Source: Macrostomum lignano
Lineage: Eukaryota
Direction of reading: 5' to 3'
NCBI GenBank assembly: GCA_002269645.1
Contig: NIVC01000426.1
Location: 186,001 to 250,000 of the forward strand
Length of the DNA stretch: 64,000 nucleotides
Under the pieces are notes generated by a model that ran no database searches, was not told the DNA's origin, and saw only the letters and a program-made list of their open reading frames with translations. Below are positions 49,201-64,000 of this stretch, piece by piece; position 1 is the first letter of the stretch, and each line of letters begins with the position of its first letter. A program made the position numbers and the translations under genes.

Positions 49201-51553
49201 CTGGATGGGAATCTGGGTGGGGATCTGGGTGGGGATCTGGGGGGGAGCTGGGTGTGGGATCTGGATGGGGAGCTGAGTGGGGATCTGGATGGGGATCTGG
49301 GTATGGATTTGGGTGGGGATCTGGGTGTGGATTTGGGTGAGGATCTGGGTGGCAATCTGTGTGGTTATCTTGGATATTTAAGAATCTGTAAAGGCATTTA
49401 AATATGCAGGGCCTGAAAGTGGACGTAATAGTCACTTGAATGTGAATTGGGACTAACGAATGGGATTGTAAATGGCAAAACTCCGCTCTCCCTCATCTCG
49501 CAGACACTGAGGTCTGTCGCTACCTCACTGGTCGGGCGGGCGCCAGCGGCTACAAGGAGCTGGACTCCGACCTCAACCAGTTTATGCGATTCTCTTCGCC
49601 TCGCCTGTCCGTCTATTCGTTAAATCTGGTCAGCGGCCTCCTTGAGGGCTGCAGCAAAGGCAACGAGTCCATCACGGCTGCATTGAACATTCAGAATTTG
49701 GTTCAAGGAAGGCACATTTCTCAAAGAGTGTACGGTTTCGTTAATGAAAGCAATGACCTGCTGATGAAACGGCGTTCCGATCTAGTTGCCAAGGTGGCTT
49801 TAGATCTCAATTTCACCCACGCCGAATCCGTGTCTGCGGCTGCGGCTGCTCAGCCACTGATACCCTTCCTGAACGAGTTGCACAAGCCGCTGATTGAAGG
49901 CTCCGAGTCTGTGTTTGCTGCGATTCAAAATATCTCTATCACGGCTTCTAAGGCCACCGACAAGGCCAGGTAAGCGGAATTGGAGCAGTGCTGAGGCAAT
50001 GAGGTACTGGGGCAATGAGGGGTGCTGGGGCAATGAGGGGTGCTGGGGCAATGAGTTGTGCTGGGGCAATGAGGGGTGCTGGGGCAATGAAGGGTGCTGG
50101 GGTAGTGAGAGTGCTGGGGCAATGAGTTGTGCTGGGGCAATGAGGGGTGCTGGGGCAATGAAGGGTGCTGGGGTAGTGAGAGTGCTGGGGCAATGAGGGG
50201 TGCTGGGGCAATGAGTTGTGCTGGGGCAATGAGAGGTGCTGGGGCAATGAAGGGTGCCGGGGGAGTGAGGGTGCTGGGGCAATGAGGGATACTGGGGCAA
50301 TGAGGGTGCTGGCGGTGTGAGGATGGTGGGGCAATGAGGGGTGCTGGGGCAATGAAGGGTGCTGGGGGAGTGAGAGTGCTGGGGCAATGAGGGGTGCTGG
50401 GGCAATGAGGGGTGCTGGGGCAATGAGGGGTGCTGGGACAATGAGGGGTGCTGGGGCAATGAGGGGTGCTGGGGCAATGAGGGGTGCTGGGGCAATGAGG
50501 GGTGCTGGGGCAATGAGGGGTGCTGGGGCAATGAGGGGTGCTGGGGCAATGAGGGGTGCTGGGGCAATGAGGGGTGCTGGGGCAATGAGGGGTGCTGGGG
50601 CAATGAGGGGTGCTGGGGCAATGAGGGGTGCTGGGACAATGAAGGGTGCTCGGGGAGTGAGGTTGCTAGGGGAGTGAGGGTGCTGAGGCAATGAAGGGTT
50701 CTAGGGCCGTGAGGCCGATTAGTCCGTAATTACCACCAACCCCTTCATCTCTATCCAGATTTGTGGCCCTGTTCAACTACCTGAACTTGAACATGCGCCA
50801 GGCGGAGATGTTGCAGCAGTCGCAGTTTATGAGCCTGGACGGGCTGCGCACCTCGCTCCGTCAGCTTAACGCAACTGTGTCAGAAATCACGAATAGACTG
50901 CGCGATGCACATAACTCTGTGCACACCTTGTACAACATCGAGATTGCGATTAAAGTGGCTATGGCTAATCTAACTGCACAGCTTGGGTTTAAAGTTCAGG
51001 TAAAAGCCATTTTATCCGAATTTCATCTCGTTAAAACAAAGTCCCTAGGATACATCCCTTCAAGGCTTCAACCCAATTGCACCCACCACCCCATTGCACC
51101 CATCACCCCATTGCACCCACCACCCCATTGCACCCACCACCCCATTGCACCCATCACCCCATTGCACCCACCACCCCATTGCACCCACCACCCCAATGCA
51201 CCCACCACCCCATTGCACCCATCACCCCATTGCACCCACCACCCCATTGCACCCACCACCCCATTGCACCCACCACCCCATTAGATGATTAGACTCCATT
51301 TGACAATGGACAAATTTTACAGGACACAATCGAGCTGGTGGTCGGTGCCGCGGCAAACTGCGCTGAACTGCACCAGAAGTTGAAGAGTCTGATTGATGGA
51401 CCCTGCGTGAAACTTCTTCGGCCATTGAACGGTTTCTGGGCCGGCATGGGACTGTGCCTAATCTGTATGCTGCCCTGTCTGGTTTTGGCCTTCAAGCTAG
51501 CAAATTTGTTCCGCAAGACCCACAAAAACCAGGCGGATTACTCTGACAAGTGA
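43243..51553 (+). CDS. PROM: Prominin (CD133-like pentaspan membrane glycoprotein), 822 aa, 8 exons
   Basis: Exons 43243-43432, 44409-44467, 45390-45610, 47360-47987, 48491-48923, 49504-49969, 50759-50999, 51323-51553; phase-consistent, 2469 nt. Signal peptide, TM1 followed by CCCRCCCKSCGG, two large extracellular loops, LYGLCG...CCNKGVGA, CVKLLRPLNGFWAGMG and a final TM with LAFKLANLFRK. Confidence 0.92.
43440..44295. repeat. Two adjacent minisatellites (21 bp, then 45 bp) in prominin intron 1
   Basis: catccacatcacagtgtgaca at 43440-43760; tctatacattcctattctgacgcattcacattccagtctgacaca at 43810-44295. Confidence 0.93.
44800..45345. repeat. C-rich (cccctca)-type repeat in prominin intron 2
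   Basis: Read directly; ends near the acceptor at 45389. Confidence 0.85.
45690..47325. repeat. 21-bp (gggatatggaagggtcagact) and 14-bp (gagacagcggaggg) minisatellites in prominin intron 3
   Basis: Arrays at 45690-46390 and 46795-47325. Confidence 0.95.
48050..48277 (-). mobile_element. CORE-type SINE with an internal deletion, in prominin intron 4
   Basis: Head GTAGCCCAGTGGTTAGAGCG...GGTTCGATTCC and CORE-like body. Lacks the cagccgtacg...gcacatct segment present in the other copies. Confidence 0.85.
48289..48321 (+). ncRNA. Spliced-leader-exon-like fragment (truncated; probable relic)
   Basis: GCCGTAAAGACGGTCTCATACTGTAAAGACTCA matches, at 30 of 33 positions, the 5' part of the Macrostomum lignano SL as I recall it. 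The 3' ...ATG|GT end is missing. Confidence 0.55.
48940..49350. repeat. 12-bp G-rich minisatellite (ggatctgggtgg) in prominin intron 5
   Basis: Starts ~20 nt after the donor. Confidence 0.93.
49990..50700. repeat. 18-bp G-rich minisatellite (ggggcaatgaggggtgct) in prominin intron 6
   Basis: Fills nearly the whole intron. Confidence 0.95.
51075..51285. repeat. ~16-bp C-rich minisatellite in prominin intron 7
   Basis: ccattgcacccaccac units. Confidence 0.9.
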
Positions 51554-51659
51554 GCTACTTGCTATTCGGGTGCATATGCTCTTAGTGTGTCAAGAGCAAT
51601 GTGTACATTGTGAATCCTAAGTATTACCTAGATCCTAGAAGATCTAGAATGCATGCTGT

Positions 51660-52700
51660 GTTCCTGAATCACAGAGGGTGGATTCCTGAATCATAGAGGG
51701 TGGGTTGCTGGATCATAGAGGGTGGGTTGCTGGATCATAGAGGGTGGGTTGCTGGATCATAGAGGGTGGGTTGCTGGATCATAGAGGGTGGGTTGCTGGA
51801 TCATAGAGGTGGGTTGCTGGATCATAGAGGGTGGGTTGCTGGATCCAGCACTTATAAAGTAACCCACAACTTTCAGCGACTATTCAAACGCAACTTACCG
51901 AGAGTTCTATCGGATTTCGACCATCAGCCAATTATTGAAACCCCCGCTGCAAGGCGGTTTGTTCAGCATTAAATAATCAGCTTTCTGCATGCCAATATTG
52001 CTCGATACAGTACTAGAGGCGGGGCTAGTTCAATCGATTCAAAACCTATCTTCATCATCATATATTAGATGACCTTCAAATGAACTGACATCTAGTTAAT
52101 TAACAGATCACCATTGCCTCATCTCCAGATTACCCAACCCCTCCTCAATCTCAAAACACACTCTTCTTAGATCACTTACCCTTCCAAAAATCGCATACTA
52201 TTCCCAAGAGTTCCCACCCACCCCACCCTCAGATCAAGCAACCACTTCCCAGATCACCCACCCCACCCCTCACTCTTCAGCCCTCCCCAGATCACCCAGC
52301 CACCGCTCCCAGATCACTCACCCCACCCTCACCCTTCACTCCTTCCCAGATCACCCACCCCACCCCTCACCTTTCACCCCTCCCCAGATCACCCACCCCA
52401 ACCCTCACCTTTCACCCCTCCCTAGATCACCCACCCCACCCCTCACCTTTCACCCCTCTCTAGATCACCCACCCCACCCCTCACCCTTCACCCCTCCCAG
52501 ATCACCCACCCCACCCTCACCTTTCACCCCTCCCTAGATCACTCACCCCACCCCTCATCTTTCACCCCTCCCCAGATCACCCACCCCACCCCTCACCTTC
52601 ACCCCTCCCTAGATCACCCACCCCACCCCTCACCCTTCACCCCTCCCCAGATCAAGCAATCCCTCTTCAGATCACCTTTCCCCAGAGCACCCACCCATAT
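51660..52700. repeat. 22-bp array (51660-51845) and ~37-bp C-rich array (52210-52700) downstream of prominin
   Basis: ggatcatagagggtgggttgct; cagatcacccaccccacccctcacctttcacccctcc. Confidence 0.88.
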
Positions 52701-53129
52701 CACCAGCCACTCCCCAAACCAGCTCACCTCTCCCAGATTAATACCCTCTGACAGTGTGCAATTTAAAGCGATTAGAAATTGCCATTTCATTTCAGAATCC
52801 AAACCCTATTGAGCCAATACAATCGCAGACTGAATGACGATTCTGGATTCGATACACTCACAACTTCCATCGTTTGACGCTCTGAGCTAGCTGTGTTCAC
52901 AATGCATGCTGTGAACTTGTATTGGTTAGTTAGTTAGAGAAGTGAACCCCACTACTAATGACTAACATCAGAGTCAAGAGATGTTTTTCACTTTTGAGAT
53001 ATTTTTTAACTGGCTGAATCTTTTTTCTAATATTTTTTAACTGACTTAATTGGCTTATATTTCACAACTTTCACTATTTACACAAGTTGTGGCAACCACA
53101 GCTTTCTTGGTAAAGCACAGGTATAGGGA

Positions 53130-54490
53130 TTTAGGATGAGACAGGTGGCCATGGGATTTAGGATGAGACAGGTGGCCATGGGATTTAGGATGGGACAGGT
53201 GGCCATGGGATTTAGGATGGGACAGGTAGGATTTAGAATGAGACAGGTGGCCATGGGATTTAGGATGGGACAGGTAGGATTTAGAATGAGACAGGTGGCC
53301 ATGGGATTTAGGATGGGACAGGTGGCCATGGGATTTATGATGGGACAGGTGGCCATGGGATTTAGGATGGGACAGGTGGCCATGGGATTTAGGATGGGAC
53401 AGGTGGCCATGGGATTTAGGATGGGACAGGTGGGATTTAGGATGGGACAGGTGGGATTTAGGATGGGACAGGTGGGATTTAGGATGGGACAGGTAGGATT
53501 TAGAATGAGACAGGTGGCCATGGGATTTAGGATGGGACAGGTGGGATTTAGAATGAGACAGGTGGCCATGGGATTTAGGATGGGACAGGTGGCCATGGGA
53601 TTTATGATGGGACAGGTGGCCATGGGATTTAGGATGGGACAGGTGGCCATGGGATTTAGGATGGGACAGGTGGCCATGGGATTTAGGATGGGACAGGTGG
53701 GATTTAGGATGGGACAGGTGGGATTTAGGATGGGACAGGTGGGATTTAGGATGGGACAGGTGGGATTTAGGATGGGACAGGTGGGATTTAGGATGGGACA
53801 GGTGGGATTTAGGATGGGACAGGTGGGATTTAGGATGGGACAGGTGGGGGTTTAGGATGGGACAGGTGGGATTTAGAATGAGACAGGTGGCCATGGGATT
53901 TAGGATGGGACAGGTGGCCATGGGATTTAGGATGGGACAGGTGGCCATGGGATTTAGGATGGGACAGGTGGGATTTAGGATGGGACAGGTGGGATTTAGG
54001 ATGGGACAGGTGGGATTTAGGATGGGACAGGTGGGATTTAGGATGGGACAGTTGGGGGTTTAGGATGGGACAGGTGGGGATTTAGGATGGGACAGGGGAG
54101 GATTTAGGATGGGACAGGTGGGATTTAGGATGGGACAGGGTGAGGATTTAGGATGGGACAGGTGAGGATTTAGGATGGGACAGGTGGGATTTAGGATCGG
54201 ACAGTTGAGGATTTAGAATGGGACAGGTGAGGATTTAGGATGGGACAGTTGGGGGTTTAGGATGGGACAGGTGGGATTTAGGATGGGACAGGGGAGGATT
54301 TAGGATGGGACAGGTGGGATTTAGGATGGGACAGGGTGAGGATTTAGGATGGGACAGGTGAGGATTTAGGATGGGACAGGTGGGATTTAGGATCGGACAG
54401 TTGAGGATTTAGAATGGGACAGGTGAGGATTTAGGATGGGACAGGTGAGGATTTAGGATGGGACAGGTGGGATTTAGGATGGGACAGGTG
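53130..54490. repeat. Mixed 21/27-bp minisatellite (gggatttaggatgggacaggt[ggccat])
   Basis: About 60 units. Confidence 0.95.
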
Positions 54491-55294
54491 GCTAAGTGTA
54501 ATAGTAATGTATTTTTGTGTAAATTTAAATGTATTTGTTTTGGATTAGAATATGGATTCTGGTAGCCAACTCAGATTTGACAGTCACTGATTATTTTAAA
54601 TCAATAAAATGTTGTGCAGTCTTGCCTAATAAACTACTGACTATTCTACGTACACTGCCAATGTACATAGTTTCTCGCGCCTCTGACCCCAGCGCACTCG
54701 TTTTTCTCGAAATCTTAGGACACCAATCTCACACCTCTCTAGGCTGTGATTGGTTGAAAGCATTATTACAGAGACTAAATCAACACTAATTCACTGATCT
54801 CAAGCCAATTACAGAAGCATTACACAATGACGCCATCCCTCGAATCTTATTTCAGTAAAATGAATCCGAAGTACCAGTTTTGAGTCATTGAGTCGGAGCG
54901 GAAGGAACAGGTTGGCTTACGACCCTCTTGTCTGCTAAACTTCTTGTTTAACTTATTTTCAGCAAAAAACTGTTTATATTCCGTAATTTTTAATCAAAAA
55001 ATCCCCCTGGTGTTGAGAAAAATCGCTTCGCAAATTATTAATATACACGCAATTCTGCACGTCTTATTGAGTGGAATATTTAGGTACCTGAGTTCTCTTA
55101 ACCCAAATGATATGCTTTCCGGTGTTTGGACTTTAAGGAGATCTTCCTTGTTTTGAACGGTAGAACTTTACCTGACAATAAGCCCCTATTGTTCGAAGCT
55201 TACCGCAATGTCACCGATTCTGATTGACTGCACCCATCTCATATAAATTTTAATCAGCCACCGTAAAAAGCATACCAAATAAATTGCTTTTAAA

Positions 55295-55975
55295 GCACAA
55301 CCCACAGCATCCTAACCCACAGCATCACCACCCCACAGTACCCCCTCCCCACAGCACCCCAACAAAGCAGCATCCAGGCCCCACAGCACCCTCACCCCAC
55401 AGCACCCCCACGAACCAGCACCCTCACCCCACAGCACCCCCACGAAGCAGCACCCAGGCCCCACAGCACCCTCACCGCACAGCACCCCCACGAAGCAGCA
55501 CCCAGGCCCCACAGCACCCTCACCGCACAGCACCCCCACGAAGCAGCATCCAGGCCCCACAGCACCCTCACCCCACAGCACCCAGGCCCCACAGCACCCA
55601 GGCCCCACAGCACCCAGGCCCCACAGGACCCAGGCCCCACAGCACCCCACGAAGCAGCATCCAGGCCCCACAGCACCCTCACCCCATAGCACCCCCACGA
55701 AACAGCACCGTCACCCCACAGCACCCAGGCCCCACAGCACCCTCACCCCACAGCACCCAGGCCCCACAGCACTCAGACTCCACAGCACCCCCACGAAACA
55801 GCACCCTCACCCCACAGCACCCAGGCCCCACAGCACTCAGACTCCACAGCACCCCCACGAAACAGCACCCTCACCCCACAGCACCCAGGCCCCACAGCAC
55901 TCAGACTCCACAGCACCCCCACGAAACAGCACCCTCACCCCACAGCACCCCACGAAACAGTACCCCACCACGAAG
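55295..55975. repeat. Complex (ccccacagcac)-based repeat
   Basis: Read directly. Confidence 0.9.
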
Positions 55976-57154
55976 ACTTAATCAACCACGATCCACGAAG
56001 TCTTTACACGGTTGCAAAGTTAACTCTGCTCATTTTTTTTCATAACTACTAACATAATGCCTACAATTAGGGTCATTATTTTACATTGCAATCTTAATTT
56101 ACAATGCCCGATATGGTTTGCTTCTCCAGAAAGTATTTCCCTTAAAGTTTAAACTGTACTTTCTATTTCTCTCTCCTTATTGGCAATTTTTCGTGAAACA
56201 CAAAGTTGCCAAAGTCATTTCAATGTCATCTACTGCATAGAAAACAAAGGGGTTTACTCTCAAAATGTTATTTTCTGAAATTAAAATTCAATAATTTTTG
56301 CGCCTGTTTTTTGACAATCAGCAACCCAGAATCAATTATGAATATGAAAATAAACTGCCTAAAATGTTGATTACCATTACTTGATAATGATTTGAAAAGA
56401 TCGACAAAATGATTCTGAAACGAATGAAACATGCATAAGAAAAGTTGATGTAATCTTTAAACATGTCACAAATCACATTTCTTACATTCTGTAAGTACAG
56501 GTGCGCGTATAACTCGCAAATCATGCAAAAAATGCGGTCGTCTACTCTTTTATCAGTAGCAGAATTTGCGTCTTTAGTCTTTTTTAGTAGTGAAAAATAT
56601 ATAATTTATAAGATTTTAAAGGTTATAATGCTGCTACACAAGCAGACTCTGTCTTTCTTCTGCCGATATAGGGTATCTGCCGATAAACATGTTTTCCTCT
56701 TGCCCGCTTGTGTCTGACTTTGACCTCTCTCCTTACTGCTCTCTCATTGGTTGAGCCAGATTGTGCCTGCCCATAGGCTGAGTTTCGTCCGTCTGACTTT
56801 GACCTCTCTCCTTACTGCTCTCTCATTGGTTGAGCTAGATTTGGCTGCCTGACTTGCGTTAACTTGTGTACATTCTTAACCTCATTCTCCTGAGGCAGCA
56901 AACCCCGAAAAGGGAATGAAAATTTTGGCTGTTACATTAAATTTAAGTGACACTGCGCAGACAAACTACCAATAAAAAAGTAGTAGACGCTCTGCTTTTT
57001 CACAACTTTTATTGCGAGTGACAGTTCCTTCTACTTTAGTTGTCTATGAGTAGGAAGCGTAGAAGAATGGAAAAAATTCAAAATTTTAGCAACATGTCGA
57101 TTACCATGTTGTTGGCAAAGTTAGAAACACTTTAAAGAGCTTTAAATGTACTTT

Positions 57155-62548
<5,394 letters not shown>

Positions 62549-62619
62549 CTGATTAGCAGGGGACGATGAAAGTTTGAATATTTAGATTTGCTAGGAGAAG
62601 AACTAGGAGAATAGTCGAT

Positions 62620-64000
62620 GGGAATGTTCTAGGGAATAGTCTAGATGAATAGTCTAGGGGAATAATCTAGGGCAATAGTCTAGATGAATAGTCTAGGGGA
62701 ATAGTCTAGGGGAATAGTCTAGATGAATAGTCTAGGGCAATAGTCTAGGGGAATAGTCTAGGGGAATAGTCTAGGGGAATAGTCTAGATGAATAGTCTAG
62801 GGGAATAGTCTAGGGGAATAGTCTAGGGGAATAGTCTAGATGAATAGTCTAGGGGAATAGTCTAGGGGAATAGTCTAGGGGAATAGTCTAGATGAATAGT
62901 CTAGGGGAATAGTCTAGGGGAATAGTCTAGATGAATAGTCTAGGGGAATAGTCTAGGGGAATAGTCTAGGGGAATAGTCTAGATGAATAGTCTAGGGGAA
63001 TTATAATTTTTTTTTATTAGAGGCAGGGGGGTTGTGTGCACCCTGGCGCAATTTAAGCGTCATTGGCACACAACCGGCGAGAGGCATTACTGCCCATTCC
63101 GCCGATTCCCCTGAGCAGGCATACAAGCGCGCGGATACGTTACGCAGGCACACACTCACACAGGAGTGTACAGCGGCCCTAACTTTATTAATTGTTAGGC
63201 ATGTACACTTCACTGCGCCTTGGGGGGGTTGGCTCTCAAGGCCGTTAATTGCACAAGCGAGCCTAGCCAAGATTCCAATCCAGCCCCAAATTAATGTGGC
63301 TGCACTTGGAATCGAGCCTGGGTCGCGGCACACCAGAGCAGCTACGCTACCGCTGGGCTACGGCCCCCCCCCCTAGTCTAGGGGAATAGTCTAGGGCAAT
63401 AGTCTAGGGCAATAGTCTAGATGAATAGTCTAGGGGAATAGTCTAGGGGAATAGTCTAGGGGAATAGTCTAGGGCAATAGTCTAGGGGAATAGTCTAGGG
63501 GAATAGTCTAGGGCAATAGTCTAGATGAATAGTCTAGGGGAATAATCTAGGGCAATAGTCTAGATGAATAGTCTAGGGGAATAGTCTAGGGCAATAGTCT
63601 AGATGAATAGTCTAGGGGAATAGTCTAGGGCAATAGTCTAGATGAATAGTCTAGGGCAATAGTCTAGGGCAATAGTCTAGGGGAATAGTCTAGGGCAATA
63701 GTCTAGATGAATAGTCTAGGGCAATAGTCTAGGGGAATAGTCTAGGGAAATAGTCTAGATGAATAGACTAGGGTAATAGACTAGGGCAATAGTCTAGGGG
63801 AATAGTCTAGGGGAATAGTCTAGGGGAATAGACTAGGGCAATAGTCTAGGGGAATAGTCTAGGGGAATAGTCTAGGGGAATAGTCTAGGGAAATAGTCTA
63901 GATGAATAGACTAGGGTAATAGACTAGGGCAATAGTCTAGGGGAATAGTCTAGGGGAATAGTCTAGGGGAATAGACTAGGGCAATAGTCTAGGGGAATAG
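62620..64000. repeat. 13-bp minisatellite (aatagtctagggg), interrupted by a SINE
   Basis: Runs to the window end. Confidence 0.95.
63001..63373 (-). mobile_element. Second tRNA-derived SINE family with AATAAA and an A-rich tail
   Basis: Minus-strand head GGCCGTAGCCCAGCGG (A box), GGCTCGATTCC (B-box-like), tail ctctaataaaaaaaattataa. Inserted cleanly between gaa|tag of the 13-bp array. Confidence 0.75.

Noticed and set aside
53130-54490. Interstitial telomere (contains TTAGG)
   Set aside because: TTAGG is only part of a 21/27-bp unit; there are no tandem TTAGGG or TTAGG runs.
56700-56850. ~80-bp-offset direct repeat downstream of the alpha2delta stop
   Set aside because: A simple local duplication with no further structure.

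Overview
Eukaryotic (animal) genomic DNA: GC-rich exons, AT-rich spacers, and minisatellite-filled introns. A spliced-leader-like fragment and the overall style suggest the flatworm Macrostomum or a relative (inference). By manually joining exons at GT-AG sites with consistent phases I reconstruct 7 genes: eIF2D (partial, -), MPV17L2-like (-), a small secreted six-cysteine Ly6/uPAR-like protein (-), a ~1,949-aa secreted, strongly cationic protein with seven tandem hemicentin-type vWA domains (-, 17 exons), TMEM104 (-), prominin (+, 8 exons) and the 3' part of a calcium-channel alpha2delta-like gene (-). Mobile DNA includes an intact mariner, several hAT-type MITEs (one triple nest), a Mutator-like foldback element with a perfect 9-bp TSD, two SINE families and two decayed RTE-type LINE fragments. 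Most long ORFs in the supplied track are artefacts of tandem repeats. The best candidates for new biology are the multi-vWA cationic secreted protein, its neighbouring three-finger protein, an SL-like relic inside a prominin intron, and introns that appear to have grown by amplifying a seed inside an ~80-nt minimal intron. All homology calls come from motif recall, not database searches.
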